DNA of 64,000 bases from contig CM068743.1 in NCBI GenBank assembly GCA_035084275.1, positions 104,470,001 through 104,534,000 of the forward strand. Reading direction: 5' to 3'. Shown here in pieces: positions 51,564 to 64,000 of this stretch; the stretch's first letter is position 1; each line of letters starts with the position of its first letter. Position numbers and translations under genes: made by a program. The notes under the pieces were generated by a model. It was not told the origin of the DNA. It was given only the letters and a program-made list of their open reading frames with translations, and searched no databases. The stretch is from Hydrolagus colliei (Eukaryota).

Positions 51564-52452
51564 AGCAATTTCAAACTAAAGCAATTTCAAACTGAGCAAA
51601 TCAATTCTCTGTTACCCTGGTCCACAGAAGAACGTTTATATTCTTAAACTATGGACTCATAACAATTAAATAAAAATGCATGAATTATGCAGAAATCAAT
51701 TATTAAGAATAATGCATGAATGGTTTTTGTAGGCCTATGGCAACAAGTAATGTAAAAGCAAATCCTCTCAGTCTAACACTTTGTATGAACCCATTCAATG
51801 GTAACACTAAAGAGAACCCAGAGGGCATTCTGCCCATCCCTGAATGACTACCTGCCTCCCTTGTCTCTTTTAGTTTATACTGAAGATAGCACTGAACTGA
51901 GCTACGGTATTAAAACACAATTTAATAAACGACCAACTTGCTCCGCATATTCTATGTTTAAATATATTGTACCCATAATTTAGAATTAACCAAGGAACCC
52001 TAAATGTCAAACGCAGCTGATTGAATAGAAGAGCTTACATTTCATATACAATCTCCATATTGGAGATTGCATATGAAATGTGTGCAGAGATTTCTGTGGT
52101 TGTCAGGCAGCAGAAATAAGGATTTTAAGATAAAAATAATCACAAGAAAAGGTTGGATGAAGAAGAAGAAAAAGAAGAAGAAGAACAAATACAACAACAA
52201 AATTACATTTGTAAAGTGCCATTCATGTCAGGAGAACGACCCTAGGCTCTGAACAGTTGGGAATCAGGACCTGAAAAGGCCTTTAAAGGGCCTTGGCCTG
52301 TTTGATCTCTTAATTCCAGAATATATTAAAAAAGAATGACTTGATTAAAATGGATCAGAATATTTAGAGAATACATGAGGAAAAATTCCACGAGTCTAGA
52401 TTTACTCTATTTGTGCAGTATTTTAGAGGGTATAGAATTCAGTAATTTCTTA

Positions 52453-52685
52453 AATAATGATAATCCATGCATTTGATATAGCGCCTTATCATGTCTTTGA
52501 AATGTCTGAAAACGCTTCACAAAATATACTGCAAAAGTGAATTGATTGTATATTTGGTGCGCAAATTGGGCCAGCCAGTTGAGCAGTTAAGCAATGTCTT
52601 ACAAACAGTCTTGGATTGAGTGACCAAATTCTAATAATTTTTTTAAGGAATCATTATCCCCGGAAAAGCAGTCTGCCAATCAAGT
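52453..52685 (-). mobile_element. SINE 3' half
   Basis: taataatccatgcatttgatatagcgcc...gtgaattgattgtat...ggattgagtgaccaaatt. Confidence 0.8.
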
Positions 52686-54661
52686 GCATGGGAGATCAAT
52701 TATATACAGCAAGCATGATCCCATTTTCACAACTGAGAACTCACATCTATAGAATCACTGCTGTAATGTAAGGGGAAGAGTTTGAAGTGGGGCCAATCTT
52801 TAGTTATTGGCTGATTTTGTTGACCATATTTATTAGTATTGTGATAATTATTACTATGATATCAAAGGTTGTGATTTTCACCTCAAACAAAATTAGTATG
52901 TAGGGAGTGGATTTGAAACACAAGGGATGGCCAAATCTATTATCTTTGTCCAAATCTACTCTGGATCAAGGAAATTATAAATAGAAACCACACCTTGTAA
53001 TGTGGCTACAGAATACTTCTAAAATTTATAACAGAGAAATTGATCCATCATGTCTGTGCTTGCCCCTCAAAAGAATAATCCATTCAATCCTATTTACCTG
53101 CATTGAAACCCTTCAAACTACTCCGTTATAGATATCTATCTGGTTCCCTCTTGAAAGCTGATATGGATCCTGCATTGGCCACAACACCAAGTAGAACATT
53201 CCATATTTGATCAATTTAACAATTTTCTGTAAAATAAACTTCCTTCTGAACATTCCGTTTGCTCCCTTGTTAAGTATCTTAAAATATCTAGGATATGCAC
53301 TGTATTTACCTTTGGAAAGGAACAAACATTTAGCAAGGAATGCATTATCTACTAATCAATATACATGTTTAAACAACAACAACAATTTCAATTTATACAG
53401 TGCCCTCCATGCCGAACAGCATCTCAGAGTGCTTCACAATAACGGATCCCGGGGTGAGCCAGGGGCAGGGGGAGAAAGGTTCCGAAGGCATGGTCGAAGT
53501 GAAAGGCCTTTAGCTGAGAACTAACTATCAAGGACAGTCATGGAAACTGAAAGAGAGATTACACTTTGTCAAGTTTACATATATAAACTTGCATAGTGAG
53601 CAAACTCATTATGCTAAATATTGAGGTCCAGAATTAAGAGATTCTTTAAATTCCTCCCGCACCTCCCTCCCATCCACTTCATCTCCGACAGTGTTCTCAC
53701 ACCTAATGTCCTAATGCCTGGATACATATTTATCTTCAATACTTTGGATTGCTGATTAATGGGATTGTGGCCTTTAAGTTTTAGTAAAGAACACAAGACA
53801 GATGTGCAAGTAAGCTGCAATAAATAAACGTTTCTTACTTTGGAACACAAGCTAGATCCTGTAATAATAATAAGAAGCCATGCAATTTAATCTATAAATG
53901 AAAAAAAAATTGAATTAAAAAAGACCCAAATACCTTCACGGGTTAATTTCTGTCAATTGACTGTATGTGTAGGAAAACGTACATCTAATTGTGAAATGAT
54001 ACAATCCAATCTGCAGGCAACAATAATGTACTTTCAATAATGTACTATATGCACAGGATAAAAAGCAACCATTTGGGATAAATCATTTCAAAACCTTTTC
54101 AACAGCCACACCCCAGGTTCCACACGTAACCTGGGGCTCAGCTCATGTGCAACCAAGTGTGAGCAGAAGAATGTCACAGGCAAGCAAAAGAGGCAAAGGT
54201 CACGAACACATCATTTATATTCCTATCAAATGAGAAAACTTTACAAAGTGTATGTAGACTGTGAAGTTTAAATGACATTCTGTTCACTATATTACCTAAA
54301 GGATATGTGAAATATCCACCAAACAGGCCTGAATGAGTCTTATGATTTCATGTGTTAATGTAGAATTATACAAATCAGTTCCATGACAACTTGCATTGTG
54401 TAGAACGTTTCACATAGCCTATTGTTTGCTGGTGTTTTGTGGAGATGATGGAAATGAGAGCATCTGAAGTTTATGGAGGATGTTAGGAAGTAGGTGACTA
54501 AAGAATGGTCGAAGAGGTAACATTTTAGAAATGTTTGAAGCCAGCGAGGGAAGAATCAATATAGCAGGGTTTTGCAAAGGAGTTCCATAGACCTGGACAT
54601 TGGGGTTCAAAAACTCAGCTACCAAAGGAGAGTGCAACAACAACTTGCATTTAATAGCACC

Positions 54662-55099
54662 GAATCCCATCTCTCCCATCCTTGCCTGACTTCACTGGTT
54701 CCCCATCATCCAAAGGGTCCAATTCAAGATCCTGGTCCTCACATCTAAAGCCCTCCATGACCTCGCCCCACCCTACATCTGTGACCTTCTATCCCCTTAC
54801 CAACCTGCCCATCCCTTCCGTTCAGCAGGCTCTGGCCTGTTCCGCGTCCCCCGATCCACACGCCCAACCATTGGCAGGCGAGCCTTTAGTCACTCGGCCC
54901 CCAACCTCTGGAATTCCATCCCGAAGTCCCTCCGCCTCACCCCCTCACTAGCCTCCTTCAAGTCTCGCCTCAAGACTCTCCTTTTCAATGGATCCATCGG
55001 CAACTCCTTCCCCACACCCCTGTCCTCAGCTCGGTGTCTAATAACTGTCCAGCGCCTTGGGACATGCGCCTGACATGAAAGGCGCTATAAAAATGTAAT
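54662..55099 (+). mobile_element. L2 3' end; a short opposite-strand tail abuts it at ~54634-54661
   Basis: PILA*LHWFPIIQRVQFKILVL...LWNSIP...FKSRLKTLLF; (ttg)n tail. Confidence 0.9.
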
Positions 55100-55900
55100 T
55101 TTATTATTGTTGTTGTTGTGCGGGGTAGCATCTGGTCTGAGTTTGTGGAGCAGAGAGAGCAAGTGGGAGAGTGAGTTAAGTGCAACATCAAAGTTGAAAA
55201 TAAATGTTTACGGACACAGTTGGATGACAAGACCCATAGGGTAAATGTATTATTGCATTTGATATAGCACTTTATCATGTCATTAAAACATCTAAAATTT
55301 TACTGCAAAATGTAGCAATTGGAGGTGAACGCAGCAGTCAATTTACGCACAGCAATAAAAGGTAGCGGCCAATGTCTACATGAGGAATTGTAGCCGGGAT
55401 AAACTCCTTTCGATAAAATTGCAACATCATGAAAGTTAGACTGTAAATAAAACAACGTATATTGCTACTGGATGATGCCCTGCTATTCCATTCAAGGCCT
55501 ATGGATTACTCTAAAAGTCTGTCTGGCAACATCACGTCATCTTGAACTGGAGGATTGGTGGAGTCTTATGAGTGTGAGCTCCTCAACCAGAGACATAACA
55601 CATTCTTATGTCAGTAGCATTGAGGCAGGCTCATCCTCCTGTGTGCTCTGGGACTGCAGTAGTATTGAAGAAAAGATACGTATGACGTCTGACTAGTGTA
55701 AGTCTTTTACCTGTGTCAATACTATGGACAATACCTCCAAACAAGATGTTATCTTCGTCCAGCCAATTGTACAGTCAAGGACTCACTTTCCATAGGGATT
55801 TCATAGCATTTCTTAGGTTTCCATGCCTTGTTTGTTGCTGTTTTTGTTGTTAATATTATTGCTTTTGTTGTTTATTATTGTTTATTATTGTTGTTTGATT

Positions 55901-56476
55901 CCCCCCACCCCTGCCCCCATCTTCTTCTTCCCTCACTCCCTTTCCCCACTTTCTCTCCTCCCTTTTCCCCTTCCCTCCCTCTTCCCTCTTCCTGATCTTG
56001 CCCCCTCCCATCTTTCCCTCCCTCTCTTCCTTACCCCCCTTTCTCCCCCCTCTTCCTCCCTAACCCTATCCCATCCCACCTTTCCCTCCCTCTCCCCCCC
56101 TTACCCTCTTTTCCCCCTTTCTCCCCTGGCCCCATTTCGTTTGTGGGGACGCTGCTGTGCGCAATTTGGCTGCCGCGTTTCGCCCACAAGTATACAGTTG
56201 ACTTTCCTGCTTTTCTTCCCCCTGTCTCCACCCCTCCCCTTCTGCTTCTTTACCCCCTTTTGCCCCTAGTCCCACTTCCGTGACTGATTGTGGGACACTG
56301 CTGTGCGCAATTTGGCTGCCGCGTTTCGCCCACTAATAGTTACTTTTCCTACTATTCTTCATCCTGCCCTGATCCTTCCCACCCTGCTCTTGTCCTACCT
56401 GACTGTACAGCGCCTTGGGATGTCCTCTCGACATGAAAGGCGCTATATAAATGTACGTTTTGTTGTTGTTGTTGTT
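55901..56476 (+). mobile_element. Young L2-tailed retroposon with duplicated SINE core (copy B, longer polypyrimidine 5' part)
   Basis: Cores at ~56141-56187 and 56288-56333; L2 tail agcgccttggg...aaggcgctatataaat(ttg)n; 56078-56476 matches copy A. Confidence 0.88.
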
Positions 56477-56510
56477 CCTAATCCACACTTAGGTGTTTTC
56501 ATGCTTTAAG

Positions 56511-57122
56511 ATAACAATAGCAATAGAATTATAAAAGCGAAGAATTCATGTTAAACTTATATAACTTGTTAGTTAGACTGCAATTTGGAATACAGTAGTG
56601 TATCCAGTTTTAGTCACCACCCCCCCCACATATTCACTTCAAGGACATAGAGGGGGTGCAGAGCAGATTTACTCCCCGAAGATGAGTGGTTTGATCTATA
56701 AGAGGAGTTTGGAGGAACTGGAAGCTTTTTTTTGCTGGAACAAAGAAGTTTGAGGGTGACATAGAGGTCTTTAAAATTATAAGGGGTTTGATAGAGTCAT
56801 TGGAGAGAAATTGTTTCCACTGGTCGGTGAGTCAGTAACTAGGCATTAATTTAAGATAGTGAGTAAACAAGTAAATAGGGAGGTTAGGAAACATGTTTTC
56901 CCACTCAGGGTAGTTAGGATAACAGAATGCCCTGCTGGCAGCGATGGTTGGCGCAGAATCCATATCGGCATGTAAAAGGGCACTAGTTCAATACCTTAAA
57001 AGTTTCATCTACAGGATATAGGGAAAGGACAGATGAATGGACTGAAAGGATGCTGTTAAGGCAACATAGACATGATGAATCGAATGACGTTCTTCTGTGC
57101 TGCGAGTTTCTATAGTTCTATG
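56511..57122 (+). mobile_element. CR1-clade LINE 3' ~600 bp
   Basis: YKSEEFMLNLYNLLVR..., DIEGVQSRFT, IEVFKIIRG, .TQGS..NAL remnants; tail ttctatagttctatg. Confidence 0.85.
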
Positions 57123-58304
57123 CTACCGTCGTTCTAATGCTGTGGCAACTGAACGCCGACTTTCAATGATGTCACTGTTTAATACCGGCATTATTATTTT
57201 ACATTTTTGAGGTTTGAGTGTGGTAGGTATTTTTTTCTTTAGATTCAATGCTTTTTTTTTCCTGGGGCTGTATCGTGTTTACAGCAGTAGTATACACATT
57301 CTGCCAAGCCCAGTGCTTTTTCTTAATGCTCACAATTAGAGCTTCCAGTTGGGGGTGAGGGGTGCAAGGGGAGAAAGTGGGGATAGAGGATGGGGAGGGA
57401 TACTGCTACCTAGTGGCCATTTATTATATAACAAATTTATTTTGAATCCGCAATGTTTTGTTTTTATTAATAATAATGATATGCATTAAACATGACTAAT
57501 TGGATTGATAATTCAGAAAGACAGTAAATGTTACCCCCATTGTTATTATCCCTTATACAGGTAGTTTAAAGCATCACCGATCATAGTGTTTTACTGAAAA
57601 TATTTTTTATCGAGCACTTTGACTGACATGCTTTTAACAGTTCTCATGCATATGAGTTATTGTGGAAAATTTGTTGACAATGTTTCTCCAAACAGTCAAA
57701 CGTGGTCGCTGGCAGACATTCTGTTCCTGGGAATACAGTTTGAGGTCTAAAATACATGATTTTTTAAATGTGCGAATGCTGTCTCCTTCCAGGAAGAGGA
57801 AGAGGTCACACTGACCCACAGGCAGTCCATTGTGACGTGAGTTATATCTGGAGCAACTTCCCATGGGTGTCCCTTTAAGAAATATCACCTGTCAAACTCC
57901 GGTGTCATTTTGTGACTTGATATTTAAGCAGCTGAACAATGTAAAGAAATTTAGTTTTCTGCTGTTTGAAATGCTTTCATGTCTATTTATTGCTTGTTAG
58001 GAATGGAAGGTAAATTAGTTGCTAAAGTTAAATGGCATTAAGGCAGTAATTGTTAATTCTTGTGAATCCTGTATTTTTTCTGTCAGTGGCCGACTTTGTA
58101 TGTATGGCCAAGATAGAAAATGTGATGAAATGTGTCATATTGATTATCTTTCCTCCAGGCAACGGGAAAGTGTATTAAATATTTCCTGCCACCACAACCA
58201 ACTTGGGTTATCTAGAAGTCCTCATAGCTGATATTTCCTTACATTTATTTTCTTAACTTGGATCTTCCAAGTAAACAGGGAAGGGAAGTTTTTTTTCCAT
58301 TTAT

Positions 58305-58924
58305 ATCCACGCTGCCGAAACACTCGTGCACGCATACATCACCTCACGGCTGGACTACGGAAACTCTCTCCTTGTCGGCCTCCCAGTTCCTCCATTCACA
58401 GGCTGCAGGTCATCCAAAACTCTGCAGCCCGTGTACTATCCCGCACCCGCCTTCGCGACCACATAACCACCACCCTCGCCCGTCTCCACTGGCTCCCCAT
58501 CCTCCAGAGGATCGAGTTCAAGATCCTCGTCCTCACCTTCAAGGCCTTACATGGCCTTGCCCCGCCCTACTTAACCGATTTACTTTCTCCCTATAAGCCC
58601 ACCCGGACCCTCCGTTCAGCAGGTCTTGGCCTGCTCCAAGCCCCCCGCCCGAACCGCCCCACCATTGGAGACCGAGCTTTCAGTTTATCCGCTCCCACCC
58701 TGTGGAATTCCATCCCCCAATCCCTCTGTCTTGTTCCTCTTTCAAGGCCGGTTTGAAGACCGTGCCTTTTGTTCCCCCCCGAATTTTTCGACCTCCCCTA
58801 CGTGTTTCACCCCTTCCCGAACACTCCCCTCCCAGCTCGGGTCACACGCCTCCTGTGCAGCGCCTTGGGACGTCCTCCCGACTTGAAAGGCGCTTGATAA
58901 GTTTAACTTATTGTTGTTTTTGTT
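58305..58924 (+). mobile_element. L2 3' ~620 bp
   Basis: AAETLVHAYITSRLDYGNSLLVGLP...LHWLPILQRIEFKILVLTFKALHGLAPP; L2 tail. Confidence 0.92.
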
Positions 58925-59639
58925 ATATAATGTAATCCAAAATACTGCAGTAATGTACACAAAATGCACAATGTTGCAAAATACATGACTAGAGTTTTTA
59001 ATAATAACAATGTCAGAATTCAATCTGATCATTTTCTGCCAGAAGTTCATTAGCGAACACAACAAATAAGTGGAGAAAGGAGCAAACATACCCTATCCCT
59101 CTGAAAGGCAAGATTTTACAAGATTATTATGGTTAGCAATAATAGTTGTATGGTATAATAATAATTAACATTAATTATACATATATTTAAATAGGAAATT
59201 TAAAACATGTCAAAGCATTTTACGAAGTTTTTCATTAAGTGGATTGTGTATTTTTGATAAATGTGGCAACCAATTTCCCCTTTGAATAATGTTAATCGGG
59301 ATTTGACAACCACCTGGCCAGGCAGACATAACCTTGGTTAAACATTTCATCCAGATGGCACCTCTTACAATGCAGTGCCTCCCTCGCAAAGTACACGACA
59401 GTATTTTATAAACTCAGGCTCTAAGGTGAACATTTGATATACTGCAAGCATAAACGTACGTATAACGTATCTTTTCCATCATCAAAGCAGTAACCCTCAG
59501 GAAGAAAAGTACTGAAATTACAATAAAGGTCATCTATCGGCAGTACTAAACCAGTTTGACCCATCTGAATCAGTGTTACAAGAAAGGATTTTAGATTTTG
59601 TAGCCAACAATTTGGTAATTATCTTAAAATCTGTAAAAA

Positions 59640-59920
59640 GTGATAGATCTTGTGGACGAATTTGGCAGCCGATTTTCACATAGAAGTGGCCTACAAACAA
59701 CAACAACAAAATTACACCTGTATAGCGCCTTTCACATCAGGTGGACATCCCAACAGCCATGAAGACCAATTTTGTTTGCAGTCCAAGACATCCAGGAGAA
59801 ACTCTCTTTTCTTTTGGAATAGTGCCATGGGAACTCTAATGTCAACCTGAACAGGCAGGCTGCGTCCTTGTTTTAACAACTCATCTGAAGGATCACATCT
59901 CCGACAATGCAGCACTCTTT
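59640..59920 (-). mobile_element. DeuSINE fragment with a nested L2 tail (~59694-59752)
   Basis: gaatagtgccatgggaactctaatgtcaacctgaacaggcag...ctcatctgaagga Deu block. Confidence 0.75.
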
Positions 59921-62900
59921 CAAATTTTTAAACCTTGAAGAAAATCTAAACAATTAAAGCCATGCAGATGACGGATTGGCCAGCACCAACATAATTCACT
60001 TTCAGGCGTCTACCACATAAAATAAAATTTAAGTACTTTCCTTTCCTCAGCAGTTCTTTTTCCAGAGCAGTAAAATATAATTCTCATTTTCCTGTTGACA
60101 GATCTTTTGCTTTGCTCAGCCCATGTTCTCTGTGGAATTATTGCACTTCTTTTTTTCTCTAAAAACACATTTTGTTGCTAACGGGGGTGTATCAATTAGT
60201 TTTAAAGTGTTTCTTGTGCTATTTAAGGAAAATACCATAACTACTATCAGTTGAAGTGCCTCTCTCCAGGCGAGTCCTTCCATCTTATCCATCAGCTGGT
60301 CATTAAAGGGCAATCATTTTGGCCAAGGTGATTTCAACCCACCTCACCAGATCAACACTGGGAAATTGCTAATTAATGAAAATACTTAGTGCCAATTAGA
60401 GGATTTAGGGGGTGAAGAAATAATAATCAAAATAATAATACTGTACTTGCATTTTTAATGTTATCATTATTATTATTTGATATATCACTTAGCATGTTGT
60501 CAACACATGTGAAAATGCTTCTCAAAATTTTTACTGTTCAGAATAGTAACTGTAGATGCAGGCCAAATTTTTGAAGTTCAGTCATTTTTTTGCTGTACAG
60601 TAAACCAGCTCCAGCTACAAAGGGATGTGAACTTTCGAACGCTGAAAACTTGGATAATAGATTCTATGATAATCACAAGGTCACCCTTCTGACAGCCTTT
60701 AACTTCACAAACTAACCCAAATCGGGGTGAAATGTGTCATGGACTCTGTTATGAAATGTCAGCATTTTCATTCCATAATTTGGACTGATTATTTTCAGAT
60801 CATTGTTTCATAGTAGATTAAGGATTTGATAACTACAAGAAAAGAGTGTCTCACATCAACAGGAAAGCCAGTCTATTCCAGTATTTTCTCTCGCACTGGA
60901 AAGAAAACAATCTGAAATCATCAGTGAATATGACACAGCCAACAGATAAGAATCGGCAACTGGGCAGCAAAAGTAGGATTAAATAAAGATTATCTTGTTT
61001 TTATAGCTACACTGCCTCTCTGCTGTATTCTGCTTCCCTGAAACTCTTGCACAATGTCAAATCTCAATAATGACCTTCTGTTATTGTATGCTGACTGTCC
61101 TCTAACTTGGAATTCTGGTTCACAAGCTGTGGAAGGAATATGGTAATAATCCTCACATTTATAGAAGGGGTTTTTCAAATCAGGAGAAAGTCTCAAAGTG
61201 CTTTGCTGAATATACTGGAAAGTGTGTTAACAACAACAACAACTTGGATTTATATAGTGCCTTCCACGCCAGACAGCGTCTCAGAGCACTTGAATGAGAC
61301 TATGTATTTTAGGTGAATGGCTTTTGTAGGGAAATTTATACAGATTGAATCTGGGAAATCCTGGCTTTCAGATATAGTATGAGTTTGTTGAGTATCTGCT
61401 ATATCAGTAGTGAAACAATTTTAAATGGCTTTTCTTTCTTTTTGCACCATATGACACTGAAACATCTCAATGGGCCCGACTTACTGTCAAGTGTAGTGAT
61501 TTTGTTTAGGCAGGCATTTTGCTCACAACAAGATCCAATAAAGAACCAGGACCAATTAATCCAGAGGAATATTGGCCAAATACTGTACCCAGAGCTTCAC
61601 TTGCAGAAGGCAATATTTGTAACCCAGCGGAGCTTCAGACAGCGGATCGAGAATGTCCAAATGTATTTCACACATAGCTGTAAACAAACAAGACTTTCAT
61701 CCTGTTAGTTTGCACTGGATTCTGAGTAAGGTACCAGAGGTGAAACTCATTACACCAACTGTTCACCTTTAAACATTGAACAACTTAAAACATTTAAACA
61801 TTAAATGTTTAAATTAAACACCTTTAAACATTAAACAACTTCCTTGTACACTGTATTTTATAGCAATTTATTTAATAATAGGTATTTAATGACCGTCTGA
61901 CTATGAGTCAGACCAAATACACATAGATCACTGATGATTTAGAATTTATTATCTCACCTGCAATTTTTACCCACATTGTTTGAAAGGGGGTACAGCTGCT
62001 TAAGGCAGGCATTTTGCTCCCGCTAATAAAGATTATATAATGATTCTCTACTATGTTGGAGAAACATCAGAAACGACCTTCAGCATCATACAATGTTAAG
62101 GTATTATTGTCCTGCATGGTTTGCAATAGCCGTCTCCAATGTCGGTTGCTTTCCCTACCCATATCTACGTCAAGCAATCATCTCTACAATTTGACATATG
62201 CTACGACATGAAGGTGGGTGGCAAAAGAAAAAAATTATTCAAAACACAAAAAAGAAATGTTTAAATAGGAAACAGATGTGGATTGCCAATATTTTACAAC
62301 AAAAAAAACCCTAATTGTGTTTCTAGTAGGATGGTAACACTCTGACTTAAGCCTTGTGTTCTGCCTGCAATTTTCAGCCTTTCCATAAAAGTGTGAAAAT
62401 GTTAGAATTCCAACTTTAGGATTAACTTCAAGCACAGCACATCATTATCTCGCTGCTCAAAAAACCCACTAAGATTCCATCCATACAAACCGCCTCGCGC
62501 TGGTGAAAGGGAAGACTATTTTCCCACATCATTGTCTTTTAGATAGTAACATATAGCAGTCTTGGTAAATGATTGTAAACTATGTAACAGAACGTCTGAA
62601 ACATCCAACAAAATAAACAGAGATGGTTGCACTGTAGGACGGGTCAACGATAGCAGTGTAACCCTATGCAGTAAGTACAGCTGAATGTTATTCACCTGGG
62701 CCCTGCAGAACAGGCAAGCACAATAAATCATCTGTCGCCTTGTTCCTGCAGCATAGTTAAGATTAATGACGGTCTACTGTAAACCTGCCAGCTAGGAAGA
62801 TTTCTGTGACAGTGGGGGAATGTTTGATAAAATGCTCAGTGGAAATATTGTAAACTCCTGGATAGGACCTAGATCTCATCTCTAATGCAATGACATTAGG

Positions 62901-63759
62901 GAGAGCCGACTGTGATGACGGTCGGGTGTTTGGCTCCATTCAGTGGCAGCTACAAGACTCAAATTGCTCAAAGTGAATGTCACAAGTGATGTTGATCTGT
63001 TACGTTCCATCAGAGGTAATTATCGCAGCGATCATGCACTGGTAGGGATTCAGTCAAAGGGAAATACATTAAAGTGAAAATGGGCTCCTGTTCCTTCATT
63101 GCTGTCTTCATCCCATCAGTTGTTGCATTAGTGTTCTTTGAAAAAGAAAAATGGGCAGTGAAAATTCAAGTCGCCAGTGAGTCAAAGGCAGAGACATTTA
63201 TCATTCTTGTCCAGACCTTTATTGTTTTGTCTGTTACAGATTGAGTCAAAGCATTGAAGTGGCAGTGCTGGCAAACTGCAGGAGAGTGTCTGATCAGTTC
63301 ATTGACAAACAATGAACGAACACTCACATGGAAACAGTGAGGATCTTTGTGGTCATTGACACAGCGACTGCAGTGTCGATTGATACTATTTACATGTTGC
63401 TGCAGTCAAACATGGCAAATAAATATCGCTGAACACAGTCAAATTGGGATCAAAAGAGATTCCGTTACTTTTGCCGCAATATTAAACTTTGCACAGTTGC
63501 TATTTAAATATTTTCAAGTGATAATTCATGGTTATTACAGGAAGTGGGACACAAAATCGATCACGTGCTGGAATATAATATTGTGCCCACACCTATGAGC
63601 TTATCACAACACTTAACTTTCATCCTGTATAATATTTGTAACCTGTCTCAGTTGGCAATGTGGGGGGCAAAGCTTGACAGTGTGTGCATGTAAGGGAGGC
63701 AGAAGGGGCTTTGGGGAGATGTACCTCTTTAAGACAATTTCACAATCTAAGATTTTTAA

Positions 63760-63809
63760 TCACTCTTTGCCTCCATCTGTCTATCTCTCTATCTCTCTCA
63801 CACATGCAG
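63760..63809 (+). promoter_or_regulatory. Candidate 3' splice acceptor
   Basis: About 40-nt pyrimidine tract ctctttgcctccatctgtctatctctctatctctctc ending ...atgCAG (AG at 63808-63809); composition shifts to higher GC with CpGs downstream. Confidence 0.55.
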
Positions 63810-64000
63810 TGGAGATTGGTGACTTCATGATGTCTTCATGAATGTGTGGCTGGATCCAGCGAGTTGGCAGGCGGCTGATTGAAGAGATGCGATGGCGTGC
63901 CCTCACAAGGGAGAAATGGTGGTCTGAGGATTGGTGTAACAGAAATATCGTAGCACTGACCTTGGAACAAGCATCATAATGTACCATCTCTCAGAACACA
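63810..64000 (+). other. Candidate exon: 5' UTR with uORFs and a possible CDS start at 63979 (MYHLSEH..., runs off the window)
   Basis: All three frames are closed soon after the acceptor; ATG 63979 has A at -3; only 7 codons are visible. Confidence 0.35.

Noticed and set aside
55823-56269. 148-aa ORF with a signal-peptide-like start
   Set aside because: Translation of (TTG/TTA)n and polypyrimidine low-complexity repeat sequence
63839-63841. In-frame TGA as selenocysteine
   Set aside because: No UxxC/CxxU or other selenoprotein motif, and no SECIS can be assessed in the window

Overview
AT-rich, CpG-depleted, repeat-dense vertebrate non-coding DNA; no intact host protein-coding region is recognisable. 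The repeat set (tRNA-head DeuSINEs with L2-type tails, L2 and CR1 LINEs, shark-type Penelope 3' ends, LF-SINE-like and AmnSINE2-like relics) points to a cartilaginous fish; this is inferred from recalled family consensus sequences, not from a search. The only ORFs with recognisable protein motifs are transposon-derived: L2 ORF2 at 3.1-5.2 kb, Gypsy RNase H/integrase remnants at 25.2-25.75 kb, and CR1/L2 fragments. Main observations: (i) two copies of a ~550 bp Penelope-ended unit with a decayed minimal hammerhead-ribozyme motif, plus a TSD-flanked fold-back of the same end; (ii) a young, apparently headless L2-tailed retroposon with a duplicated SINE core; (iii) a 1.5 kb LTR-PBS-PPT-LTR mini-Gypsy; (iv) two hAT MITEs with 8-bp TSDs; (v) an unexplained ~245 bp structured repeat pair and a local inverted duplication; (vi) at the right edge, a strong splice acceptor followed by chained uORFs and a TAATG stop/start overlap, suggesting the window may be a long 5'UTR intron. 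Boundaries of old repeats are approximate (tens of bp) and identities are by-eye estimates.
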